From positions 321,179 through 385,178 of the forward strand of contig CAWIKL010000004.1 of the NCBI GenBank assembly GCA_963836665.1: DNA of 64,000 nucleotides, read 5' to 3'. The stretch comes from an uncultured Acidobacteriota bacterium. GTDB taxonomy: Bacteria; Acidobacteriota; Vicinamibacteria; Vicinamibacterales; 2-12-FULL-66-21. Both the position numbers and the translations under genes were made by a program. The notes below the pieces were generated by a model that saw only the letters and a program-made list of their open reading frames with translations, did not search any database and was not told the DNA's origin. Numbering within the stretch: position 1 is the stretch's first letter; every line of letters begins with the position of its first letter. Shown here in pieces: positions 1 to 8,669 of this stretch.

Positions 1-210
1 ACGGCGGACGGCAAGAAGCTGTTCGCGCGGGTGTTGACCGCCGGCCAGCTCGAGACCGTCGCGATCGCGCGAGAGGCGACGATCGAAATCGGCGACGCCG
101 GGGCATTCGCGTATACGATCAACGGCAAACCCGGCAAGCCGCTCGGCGACCGGGGGCAGGTGAAGACGCTCAGGCTGACGCCGGCGACCGCCGGACAGTT
201 TACGCGCTAG
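1..210 (+). CDS. C-terminal end of a RodZ-like protein (DUF4115-type domain); 5' part lies outside the window
   Basis: Frame 1 is open from base 1 to TAG 208-210. Translation TADGKKLFARVLTAGQLETVAIAREATIEIGDAGAFAYTINGKPGKPLGDRGQVKTLRLTP resembles the beta-rich C-terminal domain of RodZ-family proteins (recognised by eye only). Confidence 0.5.
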   Translation, partial: TADGKKLFARVLTAGQLETVAIAREATIEIGDAGAFAYTINGKPGKPLGDRGQVKTLRLTPATAGQFTR

Positions 211-224
211 CCCGAGGACACGCA

Positions 225-1004
225 TTGCCGGACCCAGGGTTCCGATCTCCGCTAATCGACTTCTTCCGGCGCGGTGAGGTGGCGCGTGATGTCCGGCTGC
301 TGGCAGCGCAGGGAGCACTGGCGCCGCGCGCGCAGGAACAGTTGGCGCTGCTCGTCCTGCTCGCCGACGATCCGGATCCGGACATCGCGCGCACCACGGC
401 CGCCACCCTCGACGCCTTGCCGATCGCGCTGCTCGCGGCGTTTCTCGGTAGATCCGACGTGCCACGCGAGATGAAGGCGTTCTTTACGGCGCGTGGCGTC
501 GAGGCCGCCGCCGCCAGCGCTGCCGCGGCCACCAACGACGAACCCCTCCTCGACACGCTGTCGGAGATCCCGGAGGCCGCCGCCGAGGGGGAGGAGGCGT
601 CGGGCCGCCAGTCTCTGTCATCGCTGCCCGTCGTCGAGCGGATGAAGCTGGCGATGAAGGGAACGCGCGAGCAGCGCGCCCAGCTCGTGCGTGATACCAA
701 CCGCCTCGTCGCCGCCGCTGTGCTGAGCAGCCCGAAGCTCACCGACGCCGAAGTCGAGGCCTTTACCAAGATGGGCAACGTCTCGGAAGAGACGATGCGC
801 GCCATCGGCATGAACCGCGGCTGGCTGAGGAACTACGGCATCCTGGCCGGCGTCTGCCGGCATCCCAAGACGCCGCCGGCGATCTCGATGCAGCTGGTCC
901 ATCGCCTCAACGATCGCGACCTCAAGGTGCTGACGACCGATCGCAACGTGCAGGAAGGGCTGCGCCAGCTGGCCCGCAAGATGGTCAACAAGGGCAAGCC
1001 CTAG
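225..1004 (+). CDS. Hypothetical helical-repeat (HEAT/ARM-like) protein
   Basis: 259-codon ORF with G/C-rich third positions. TTG start at 225; an in-frame GTG at 279 is also possible. Ala/Leu-rich helical segments (LLAAQGALAPRAQEQLALLVLLADDPDPDI; HPKTPPAISMQLVHRLNDRDLKVL). No family recognised. Confidence 0.6.
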   Translation: MPDPGFRSPLIDFFRRGEVARDVRLLAAQGALAPRAQEQLALLVLLADDPDPDIARTTAATLDALPIALLAAFLGRSDVPREMKAFFTARGVEAAAASAAAATNDEPLLDTLSEIPEAAAEGEEASGRQSLSSLPVVERMKLAMKGTREQRAQLVRDTNRLVAAAVLSSPKLTDAEVEAFTKMGNVSEETMRAIGMNRGWLRNYGILAGVCRHPKTPPAISMQLVHRLNDRDLKVLTTDRNVQEGLRQLARKMVNKGKP

Positions 1005-1198
1005 CGCTTGTCTTTCCACTCCTTGCGCATCTCGTTCAACCCTTCCATGAACACCGCCGCCTTGCTCCGCTCGTCGTCGCTGTCCATCGTCTTGAGGAGA
1101 TCGATGGCGCGATCGATGTCGCGCTGGATGGTCGTCGCCGTCGCGGCGAAGTAGAGCCGGCGGATTTCGGCGATCTTGTCGGAGCCATTGCCTTTCAT
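1001..1198 (-). CDS. Small 65-aa charged helical protein, function unknown
   Basis: ATG at 1198-1196 overlaps the upstream PolX-like stop (ATGA, 1195-1198), suggesting translational coupling. Product MKGNGSDKIAEIRRLYFAATATTIQRDIDRAIDLLKTMDSDDERSKAAVFMEGLNEMRKEWKDKR. The 230-aa track ORF is an antisense-type extension of this frame. Confidence 0.5.
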   Translation of the reverse strand: MKGNGSDKIAEIRRLYFAATATTIQRDIDRAIDLLKTMDSDDERSKAAVFMEGLNEMRKEWKDKR

Positions 1199-2481
1199 GC
1201 GTCTCGTCCGTGGCGGTGCCGTCGCAGCGACGCGGTGAATTCTTGCACAGAACCGGTGTTGAGGACGTCGGCCGGCGTCAGCCCCGCCCGGCGCGCGATA
1301 GCCACCCCCCAGCGCAGGCCGCCCAGCGCGTGCGCGCTGTGCGCGTCGGAGCTGATCGTGATACGGACGCCGGCGTCGCGCGCCTGCCGCGCGTGCGCCT
1401 CGTCGAGATCGAGCCGCTCGATCTGGGCGTTGATCTCCATCGCGACTCCGGCCCTGGCCGCAGCGGCGCACACCGCCCCCATATCGGCCTGGTGCGCGTC
1501 CCGCTTCAGCAGGCGGCGCCCGAGCGGATGGGCGATGACGTCGACCCAGGGGCACTCGATCGCACGCAACAGCCGGTCGGTCATGCGCGGGCCGTCCTGC
1601 GAGAAGCCCGAGTGGATCGAGGCGTTGACGATGTCGAGCTGGGCAAGGCAGTCGTCCGCGAGATCCATCGACCCGTCGGCCCGGATGTCGCACTCGATGC
1701 CGGCCAGCAGGGCAAAACCGGTCGTCGACTCGAGGCGCGCCGCCACCTCGCGCACGGCGCGGGCGTGCGCCAGCGCGCCGGCTTCGTCGAGCCCGTTGGC
1801 CATCGCCAGCGACTTGCTGTGATCCGTGATCGCGAGGTACTGCAGGCCCGACGCGTGCGCGGCGCGCGCCATGGCTTCGATAGTGTCGCGTCCGTCAGTC
1901 GTTGTCGTGTGGCAATGCACGTCGCCGCGCAGGTCGGTGACCCGGACAAGCGGCGGCTCGGCGCCGACCAGTTCGCCATCGAGCGTGGCGGCGAGCTCGC
2001 TGACATCGGTGAAAAGACCGCCCCTCGAATGGCGGCGCCGCTGATCGAGCGCCTTGAGGATGAGCGCTTCCTTTCGCGGCCCCATACCCTTCATGCGTCG
2101 GATCCGTCCGTCAGTGGCGGCGCCTTCGAGGGCCTCGAGCGTGCTGACGCCGATCTCGCGGAACAATCGCGCCACCGTCTTGGGCCCGACGCCCTGCAGT
2201 CGCAGCAGGTCGAGGATCGTCGGCGGAAACTCCTCCAGCAGCTGCTCGCGATACGCGATGGTGCCCGTCTGCACCAGCTCGCCGATCTTGGCCGCGAGGT
2301 CCTTGCCGATGCCCGGCAGCGCCAGCCGCGACTGCGGTGTCATCGTCGCGACGGGCTCTGGCTCGTCGGCGACGGTTTCCGCGGCGCCGCGATAGGCCCG
2401 GATCTTGAAGGGGTTCTCGTCCTTGATCTCGAGGAGATCGGCGATCTCGTTCAGGACGCGCGCGATGGCGGCGTTATCCAC
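1195..2481 (-). CDS. PolX-family protein: 8-kDa/fingers HhH region fused directly to a PHP phosphoesterase domain (no palm/thumb)
   Basis: GTG at 2481 lies 6 nt after the upstream stop; the track start at 2730 would overlap the kinase gene by 244 nt. The N-terminus VDNAAIARVLNEIADLLEIKDENPFKIRAYR plus GIGK and GVGPK helix-hairpin-helix motifs match the PolX N-terminal region. From about residue 185 there is a PHP domain (DVHCHTTTTDGRDTIEAM, ITDHSKS). Confidence 0.8.
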   Translation of the reverse strand: MDNAAIARVLNEIADLLEIKDENPFKIRAYRGAAETVADEPEPVATMTPQSRLALPGIGKDLAAKIGELVQTGTIAYREQLLEEFPPTILDLLRLQGVGPKTVARLFREIGVSTLEALEGAATDGRIRRMKGMGPRKEALILKALDQRRRHSRGGLFTDVSELAATLDGELVGAEPPLVRVTDLRGDVHCHTTTTDGRDTIEAMARAAHASGLQYLAITDHSKSLAMANGLDEAGALAHARAVREVAARLESTTGFALLAGIECDIRADGSMDLADDCLAQLDIVNASIHSGFSQDGPRMTDRLLRAIECPWVDVIAHPLGRRLLKRDAHQADMGAVCAAAARAGVAMEINAQIERLDLDEAHARQARDAGVRITISSDAHSAHALGGLRWGVAIARRAGLTPADVLNTGSVQEFTASLRRHRHGRDA

Positions 2482-2486
2482 AGACG

Positions 2487-3497
2487 TTAGAGAGTATCGA
2501 TCACCAGGCCGCGCGGATCGATCGTGAAATCGAGGATCCGCGCGCCGGCCTCGTGCAGCGCCTTGCGGATCGCGGGGAGGTCGGCCGGGTTGCCGAAGCA
2601 GAACAGGCAGCCGCCGCCGCCGGCGCCGCAGACTTTCCCGCCGAGCGAGCCGGCGCGCGCCGCCGCCTCCAGCATCGCGTCGATGGCGGGGGTGGTGACG
2701 CCGGGCGCCAGGCGCTTGCGGTTGTCCCACTCGGCGGCGATCTGGCGTCCGACTTCGGGCCAGTCGCGCCGGTCGAGCGCGGCGCGCATCGCTGCGGCAA
2801 TATCGCGGATCCGCGCGAACGCCGTCCGCACCGTGACGTCGCCGTCGATGTGCCGCTTGGTGACGTCCCAGTTGTTGATCCCGGAGTTGCGCGACGCGTT
2901 GGTGTAGGCGAGGACCATGCGCTCCTGCAGCTGCGCCGGTGCCACGTCGAGCTCGACGCGGCGCACGCCGTTGACCCCGAGCTCGACGGCGGAGATGCCG
3001 CCGTAGAACGCGGGGCGGTAGTCCTGCGCGCCGGTCGGCACCTCGATCGCCTGTGCTTCGACGTTCATGGCGATCTGGAAGATTTCGTCGGCGGAGCGGT
3101 GGCCGCCCGTCCAGGCGTTGAGGGCGCCGCAGACGGCGATGTTGAGCGCCGACGACCCGGCGATGCCGGCCCCGACCGGCGAATCCGACCAGGTCGTCAG
3201 CTCGAGCCCCTCCGCCTGGAAGTAGTGCAGCAGCTTGCCGAGCAGCTTCAAGTCGTGGCTGTTACCAAGCTGCGACCAGTGGTCGGCCTCGACGCGCACG
3301 CCCGAGTCTTCCGAGACGATGACGAGGCGGTGGTCCGAGCGCGAGCGGATGTCGCAGCTCGCGCGCAAACTCAGCGCGGCGTTGAGCGTCTGCGCCCCCT
3401 CATGAAAGAGGTAGAGCGGCCAGATGTCGAGCGTGCCGCCCGCCAGGTCGATGCGCGTCGGCGCGGAAGCGTGGATGTGCACGGCGAAATCATACAT
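2487..3497 (-). CDS. GHMP-family sugar kinase (heptose-7-P kinase / fucokinase-like)
   Basis: ATG at 3497-3495 (MYDFAVHIHASAPTRIDLAGGTLDIWPLY). GHMP ATP-binding motif SDSPVGAGIAGSSALNIA. C-terminal GGKVCGAGGGGCLF. The 488-aa track ORF only extends through the upstream repeat array. Confidence 0.8.
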   Translation of the reverse strand: MYDFAVHIHASAPTRIDLAGGTLDIWPLYLFHEGAQTLNAALSLRASCDIRSRSDHRLVIVSEDSGVRVEADHWSQLGNSHDLKLLGKLLHYFQAEGLELTTWSDSPVGAGIAGSSALNIAVCGALNAWTGGHRSADEIFQIAMNVEAQAIEVPTGAQDYRPAFYGGISAVELGVNGVRRVELDVAPAQLQERMVLAYTNASRNSGINNWDVTKRHIDGDVTVRTAFARIRDIAAAMRAALDRRDWPEVGRQIAAEWDNRKRLAPGVTTPAIDAMLEAAARAGSLGGKVCGAGGGGCLFCFGNPADLPAIRKALHEAGARILDFTIDPRGLVIDTL

Positions 3498-3500
3498 GGG

Positions 3501-3571
3501 CGATGACCGATGACCGATGACCGATGACCGATGACCGATGACCGACGGGCGATGGGACGATGACCGATCGG
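3501..3571. repeat. Tandem heptamer array (CGATGAC)6 plus four degenerate units
   Basis: Six perfect CGATGAC units at 3501-3542, then CGACGGG, CGATGGG, (a)CGATGAC, CGATCGG. The array fills almost the whole spacer between the divergent starts at 3497 (-) and 3577 (+). Confidence 0.95.
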
Positions 3572-3576
3572 CTAAA

Positions 3577-4689
3577 ATGCCGATCATGTCGCTCCGGGAG
3601 ATTCGGCGCCACGTCGGCCAGCTCGCGATCGCCGGCTTCAACGGCCACGACATCCCCCCCGATCTGCGATCGATCGCCCGCGAGTTCGACTTGGGCGGCG
3701 TGATCTTCTTCGCCCGCAACGTCGACTCACCCGAGCAAGTGGCGGACCTGTCGCGGCAGGCGCAGGCACTCGCCGCGGAGCTGCCGCTGTGGGTCAGCGT
3801 CGACCAGGAAGGCGGACGTGTCGCGCGTCTGAAGCGCCCCTTCACGGAATGGCCGCCGATGATTACCCTCGGCCGCGCCGGCCCTACCGACAGCGACCGT
3901 CTCGCCGCGCGATTCGCGACCGCGCTCGCCGCCGAATTGCACGCCGTCGGCATTTCGCTCGACTACACGCCGGTCCTCGACGTCCACACCAACCCACGCA
4001 ACCCCGTCATCGGCGATCGCGCCCTGTCGGAGCGGGCCGAGGACGTGGCGCGACTCGGCGCGACGATCATCCGCACGTTGCAGGATGCCGGCATCGCCGC
4101 CTGCGGCAAGCACTTTCCCGGCCATGGCGACACCAGCACCGACTCGCACCACGAGCTGCCGCTGCTCGAGCACCCGCCAGAGCGTCTCGAGGCGGTGGAG
4201 CTGGTGCCGTTCAAGGCGGCGATCGCCGCCGGCGTGGCCTCGATCATGACCGCGCACATCCTGATTCCGGCGCTCGACGAAGAACGCCCAGCGACTCTCT
4301 CGCCCGCAATCGTCGACGCCCTGCTCAAGAAGCGGCTCGGCTACGACGGTCTGGTGCTCAGCGACGATCTGGAGATGAAGGCCATCAGCGGGCGCTACGG
4401 TCATAGCGAAGCGACCGTCAGTGCCATCGCGGCCGGCTGCGATGCCGTGTTAATGTGCGCGGCGAAGCCCGACGAGCAGATGGCCGCGCTCGAAGCGATC
4501 ATCTATGCCGTCGAGAACGGACGGCTGCCGCTGGCGCGGGTCGAGGACGCTTTGATGCGCCACCGGCGCGTCAAGACCCGCTTCCTGGCGCCGCCGCGGC
4601 CCAAGCCGCCCACCGGAGCGGCGCTGCGCGCGATTCTCGGGCGCGACGAGCATCAGGCGGTCGCCGACGAGATGGCGAGGTTCGCTTGA
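3577..4689 (+). CDS. nagZ: Beta-N-acetylhexosaminidase NagZ (GH3)
   Basis: MPIMSLREIRRHVGQLAIAGFNG, VSVDQEGGRVARL, KHFPGHGDTSTDSHHELP and LSDDLEMKA are typical NagZ/GH3 motifs. The start is ambiguous (3538 inside the repeat array, 3577 or 3586); I prefer 3577. Confidence 0.85.
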   Translation: MPIMSLREIRRHVGQLAIAGFNGHDIPPDLRSIAREFDLGGVIFFARNVDSPEQVADLSRQAQALAAELPLWVSVDQEGGRVARLKRPFTEWPPMITLGRAGPTDSDRLAARFATALAAELHAVGISLDYTPVLDVHTNPRNPVIGDRALSERAEDVARLGATIIRTLQDAGIAACGKHFPGHGDTSTDSHHELPLLEHPPERLEAVELVPFKAAIAAGVASIMTAHILIPALDEERPATLSPAIVDALLKKRLGYDGLVLSDDLEMKAISGRYGHSEATVSAIAAGCDAVLMCAAKPDEQMAALEAIIYAVENGRLPLARVEDALMRHRRVKTRFLAPPRPKPPTGAALRAILGRDEHQAVADEMARFA

Positions 4690-4702
4690 GCGCTCGTCGT
4701 CA

Positions 4703-5638
4703 ATGCTGAAGCCGCCTGTCCTGCGTCAGGGGGATCGCGTCGCGGTCGTCGCTCCTGCCAGCCCATTTGCGCGTGACGAGTTCGACGCCGGTGTGGCCGA
4801 ACTGCGCCGCCTCGGGTATGAGCCCGTCTACGACGAGAGCGTCTTCGCGCGGACGCGGTATACCGCCGGTGAGCCGGCGCTGCGGGCCGACGCGTTCATC
4901 CGCGCCTGGCGCGATCCGGCGGTTCGTGCGCTCATCGCCGTGCGCGGAGGCTACGGCAGTGTCCAGCTCCTGCCCCATCTCGACCGCGACGAGATCCGCC
5001 GCACACCCAAGGCCTTTATCGGCTACAGCGACAACACGTCGTTGCTGACGTGGCTCACGCACCACTGCGGCGTCGTCTCGTTTCACGGCCCGATGCTCGA
5101 AGGACGGCTGGCCAGAGGGACCTCAGCGTACGACCCCGACACGTTCGCGCGCGTGCTCGCTCGCGCGGCGCCGGCCGGCGTCATCTCGCATCCCTCCGTT
5201 CAGGCGATTCGTCCGGGCGAGGCCACCGGCATCCTCACCGGCGGCACGCTGACGCAGCTCGCCGCTTCGCTGGGGACACCTTATGCGTTCGATCCGCCGC
5301 GCGGACATATCCTGTTCATCGACGAGGTCGCCGAGCGCCCCTATCGCATCGACCGCCTGTTGACGCAGCTGCGCTTTGCCGGCATCCTCGACCGCGCCGC
5401 CGCGGTCGTGTTCGGAGAGCTGCCCCGCTGCGACGAGCCGCAGGCGGCCGGGCCCGCCGGAATCATGATTCGCGAGGTCGTCGGCGATCTGCTCGAGGGT
5501 TTCCGCGGTCCCGTGCTGTTCGGCTTGCCGTCCGGCCACACGAGCGGCGCTTGCCTGACACTGCCCTTCGGCGTGCGCACCCGCGTGATCGCCGGCAGCC
5601 AGCCTTCGCTCGTCATCGAGGAGGCGGCAGTTGACTGA
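4703..5638 (+). CDS. ldcA: LD-carboxypeptidase (peptidase S66, muramoyltetrapeptide carboxypeptidase)
   Basis: LRQGDRVAVVAPASP, IAVRGGYGS, nucleophile motif GYSDNTSLL, and C-terminal GLPSGHT. Confidence 0.85.
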   Translation: MLKPPVLRQGDRVAVVAPASPFARDEFDAGVAELRRLGYEPVYDESVFARTRYTAGEPALRADAFIRAWRDPAVRALIAVRGGYGSVQLLPHLDRDEIRRTPKAFIGYSDNTSLLTWLTHHCGVVSFHGPMLEGRLARGTSAYDPDTFARVLARAAPAGVISHPSVQAIRPGEATGILTGGTLTQLAASLGTPYAFDPPRGHILFIDEVAERPYRIDRLLTQLRFAGILDRAAAVVFGELPRCDEPQAAGPAGIMIREVVGDLLEGFRGPVLFGLPSGHTSGACLTLPFGVRTRVIAGSQPSLVIEEAAVD

Positions 5639-5653
5639 GGAGACCGCGGGCGC

Positions 5654-7051
5654 ATGAAAAAGGTTCACCTGATCGGCGTGTGCGGAACGGCGATGGCCAC
5701 GCTCGCCGCGATGCTGAAGACGCGCGGCTACGACGTCCGCGGCAGCGATCAGAACATGTATCCGCCGATGAGCGACTTCCTCGCCGAGCAGCAGATCACG
5801 ACGCTGCAGGGTTACCAAGCCGAGCACATCAGCGGCGATCTCGACCTCGTCGTCGTCGGCAACGCGATTTCACGCGGGAACGCGGAGCTCGAGGAGGTGC
5901 TCGATCGTAAGATCCGCTTCTGTTCGCTGCCCGAGGCCATCCGCGATCACTTCCTGTGGGGCGCCCGCTCGGTCGTAATCGCCGGCACGCACGGCAAGAC
6001 GACCACCACGTCGCTCACCGGCTGGCTGCTGACACACGGCGGCACCGATCCCAGCGTCCTTATCGGTGGCATCGCCGAGAACTTCGGCGGCAGCTACCGC
6101 GTCGGCGGCGGTCGCGAGTTCGTCATCGAGGGGGACGAGTACGACAGCGCCTTCTTCGACAAGACGGCGAAGTTCCTGAAGTACCTGCCCGACATCGCCG
6201 TCGTCAATAACATCGAGTACGACCACGCCGACATCTACCCCGACCTCGAATCGATCCGCGTCGCCTTCCGGCGGCTGGTGAATCTGGTTCCGCGCCGCGG
6301 GCTGCTGCTGCTCGGTGCCGACGATCCCGAAGCGACAGCGCTCGCGGTCAACGCGCGCTGCCCGGTCGAGACCTTCGGCCTGTCGGACGGCGCCGACTGG
6401 CAGGCCCACGATCTGCGCGTCGCCGAGGGATCGACGACCTTCAGCCTGCGCAGGAAGGGGGAGCCGGTCGCGACGTTCGAGCTGCCGCTGCTCGGCGCGC
6501 ACAACGTGCGCAACGCCACCGCCGCCATCGCCGTCGCCGCCTCCGTCGGCGTGAGCCCCGACACCGCGGCCGCCGGCCTGCGCGGGTTCAAGGGGATCCG
6601 GCGGCGCATGCAGCAGCGCGGGACCGCCGCGGGCGTGTCAGTCTACGACGACTTCGCGCATCATCCGACGGCGATCGCGGAAACCCTCGCCGGCGTGCGC
6701 GCGGCGTATCCCGGCCGTCGCATCTGGGCGATTTTCGAGCCGCGTTCGGCGACGTCGTGCAGACGGGTTTTCCAGGCCGATTTTGCCCGTGCCTTCGCGG
6801 CCGCCGATTGCGTCCTCCTGCCGGCGGTCTTTCGCTCGACGCTGCCCGAGGATCAGCGGTTGTCGGCCGAGCAGGTCGTCGCCGATCTCAATGCTGCTGG
6901 CAAGGACGCCCGTTACATTCCGAAGGTCGACGACATCGTTGCCGCGGTCGCAACGGAGGCCCGACCGGGCGATCTCGTCATTGCCATGTCGAACGGAGGG
7001 TTCGAAGGCATTCACGACAAGCTCCTGGCGGCACTTGCCGCGCGCGGATGA
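5654..7051 (+). CDS. mpl: UDP-N-acetylmuramate:L-alanyl-gamma-D-glutamyl-meso-DAP ligase
   Basis: MKKVHLIGVCGTAMATLAAMLKTRGYDVRGSDQNMYPPMSDFL is a characteristic Mpl N-terminus. Mur ligase P-loop AGTHGKTTTTSL. Confidence 0.9.
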   Translation: MKKVHLIGVCGTAMATLAAMLKTRGYDVRGSDQNMYPPMSDFLAEQQITTLQGYQAEHISGDLDLVVVGNAISRGNAELEEVLDRKIRFCSLPEAIRDHFLWGARSVVIAGTHGKTTTTSLTGWLLTHGGTDPSVLIGGIAENFGGSYRVGGGREFVIEGDEYDSAFFDKTAKFLKYLPDIAVVNNIEYDHADIYPDLESIRVAFRRLVNLVPRRGLLLLGADDPEATALAVNARCPVETFGLSDGADWQAHDLRVAEGSTTFSLRRKGEPVATFELPLLGAHNVRNATAAIAVAASVGVSPDTAAAGLRGFKGIRRRMQQRGTAAGVSVYDDFAHHPTAIAETLAGVRAAYPGRRIWAIFEPRSATSCRRVFQADFARAFAAADCVLLPAVFRSTLPEDQRLSAEQVVADLNAAGKDARYIPKVDDIVAAVATEARPGDLVIAMSNGGFEGIHDKLLAALAARG

Positions 7052-7734
7052 CTTCCCGCGTCCTGGCCGCCGGTGACTCGGCGTGGCTCGTCGAGTTACC
7101 CGAGCGAATCGATCCGGAGATCAACGCCCAGGCAATTGCCATCGCCCGGGCCGTCGAGGACGCCCGCCTGCCGGTCACCGACGTCGTTGTCGGCTACCGG
7201 TCGGTGATGGTCTACGTGGATCCACTCGCTGCGGGAGCCGACGGGATGGCCGCCGCGCTCGAACGCATTGCCGCCGATTCAGGAACACAGGCGGCGGTGA
7301 CGGGCGGCCAGGTCGACGTGCCCGTGTGTTATGACGATACCTACGGGCCCGACCTCACCGACGTCGCCGCCTTTGCCGGCAGCCCGGTCGAGGAGGTGAT
7401 CGCGCGGCATCTGGCGCGCGAGTATCGTGTGTTCGTCGTCGGCTTCGTGCCGGGCTTTGCCTACATGGCAAGCGTCGATCCGCGCATCGCCGCTCCGCGG
7501 CGCCCCTCGCCGCGGCTGCGGGTGCCGCCCGGTTCAGTCGCGATCGCGGCGGGTCAGACGGGTGTGTATCCGGCGCCGACTCCGGGGGGCTGGCATCTCA
7601 TCGGCCGCTGTCCGATCCGCCCCTACGATCCATCGCGCCCGGTGCCCTTCCTCTTCCACGCCGGCGACCGCGTCCGCTTTCACCGCATCTCCGCCGAGGA
7701 GTACCGGGCGACCACCCAATGGGGTGACGCGTGA
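7048..7734 (+). CDS. pxpB: 5-oxoprolinase subunit B / KipI-type (allophanate hydrolase subunit 1 family)
   Basis: ATG 7048 overlaps the mpl stop (ATGA). MTSRVLAAGDSAWLVELPERIDPEINA, VVGYRSVMVYVDP and FVPGFAYM match the family. Confidence 0.8.
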   Translation: MTSRVLAAGDSAWLVELPERIDPEINAQAIAIARAVEDARLPVTDVVVGYRSVMVYVDPLAAGADGMAAALERIAADSGTQAAVTGGQVDVPVCYDDTYGPDLTDVAAFAGSPVEEVIARHLAREYRVFVVGFVPGFAYMASVDPRIAAPRRPSPRLRVPPGSVAIAAGQTGVYPAPTPGGWHLIGRCPIRPYDPSRPVPFLFHAGDRVRFHRISAEEYRATTQWGDA

Positions 7735-8669
7735 CCCTGACCGTGATCAAGCCCGGCATGCTGACGACCGTCCAGGATCTCGGCCGGCGCGGCTACCAGA
7801 ACGTCGGCGTCCCCGTATCTGGCCCGATGGACGTCTACTCGCATCGACTGGCCAATCTGGTGCTCGGTAACGATCCCAGTGCGGCGGCGCTGGAGATCAC
7901 GCTGCTTGGCCCGGAGCTCTTGGCGGAAAGGGAAGTGGCGTGCGCGATCGCGGGCGCCGACATCGACGTGGCGGTGGACGGCGTGCGCGTCGAGCGCAAT
8001 CGGCCGTTCGCCGTGCCAGCGGGCGCGCGGATCCGGTTCGGCCAGCGTCACAAGGGCGCGCGCCTGACGCTCGCCGTCCAAGGTGGTTTCGACGTGCCGG
8101 CCACGCTTGGCAGCCGCGCCACACATCTGGCGAGCCACATGGGCCCGTTCGGTGGCCGCGCTTTGCGCACCGGGGACGTGTTGCCAGTGGCCGTCCCGGC
8201 ACGCCCTTCGCCTCCTTCGTCCGCTGTGGCATGTCCTCCCCCTCTCGAGCTGCCTGACAGCGGCTCGCGCCTACGGGTGCTCCCGGCCGTGCACCGCGAG
8301 CGCTTCACTGACGGGGCGTGGCACCAGTTCACGCACGGGCGCTTCACCGTCACGCCCCAGTCGAACCGCATGGGATACCGGCTCGATGGTCCGACGCTCG
8401 AGCACGCCGGGTCAGCCGACATCCTCTCGGAGGCGATGCCGGTGGGAGCGATTCAGGTGCCGGCGTCCGGCCAGGCGATCCTCTTGCTGGCCGAGTGTGC
8501 GACAACGGGCGGCTACCCGACGATCGCCAACCTCATCACTGCCGATCTCCCGATCGCCGGCCAGCTCGCGCCGGGAGACTGGACGGAGTTCGTCCTATGC
8601 ACGAGGGACGAAGCGCTTGAGGCGCTGCGCACGCGTGAGGATGCGTTTCGCAGTAGTCTCAGGGCATGA
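7731..8669 (+). CDS. pxpC: 5-oxoprolinase subunit C / KipA-type (allophanate hydrolase subunit 2 family)
   Basis: Start overlaps the pxpB stop by 4 nt. MTLTVIKPGMLTTVQDLGRRGYQNVGVPVSGPMD, SNRMGYRLDG and TTGGYPTIANLI match the family. Confidence 0.8.
   Translation: MTLTVIKPGMLTTVQDLGRRGYQNVGVPVSGPMDVYSHRLANLVLGNDPSAAALEITLLGPELLAEREVACAIAGADIDVAVDGVRVERNRPFAVPAGARIRFGQRHKGARLTLAVQGGFDVPATLGSRATHLASHMGPFGGRALRTGDVLPVAVPARPSPPSSAVACPPPLELPDSGSRLRVLPAVHRERFTDGAWHQFTHGRFTVTPQSNRMGYRLDGPTLEHAGSADILSEAMPVGAIQVPASGQAILLLAECATTGGYPTIANLITADLPIAGQLAPGDWTEFVLCTRDEALEALRTREDAFRSSLRA

Noticed and set aside
6757-7047. The long N-terminal extension of the pxpB ORF (track start 6757) overlapping mpl
   Set aside because: The extension is Arg-rich off-frame sequence within mpl. 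The family-typical N-terminus MTSRVLAAGDSAW starts at 7048 with an ATGA overlap.
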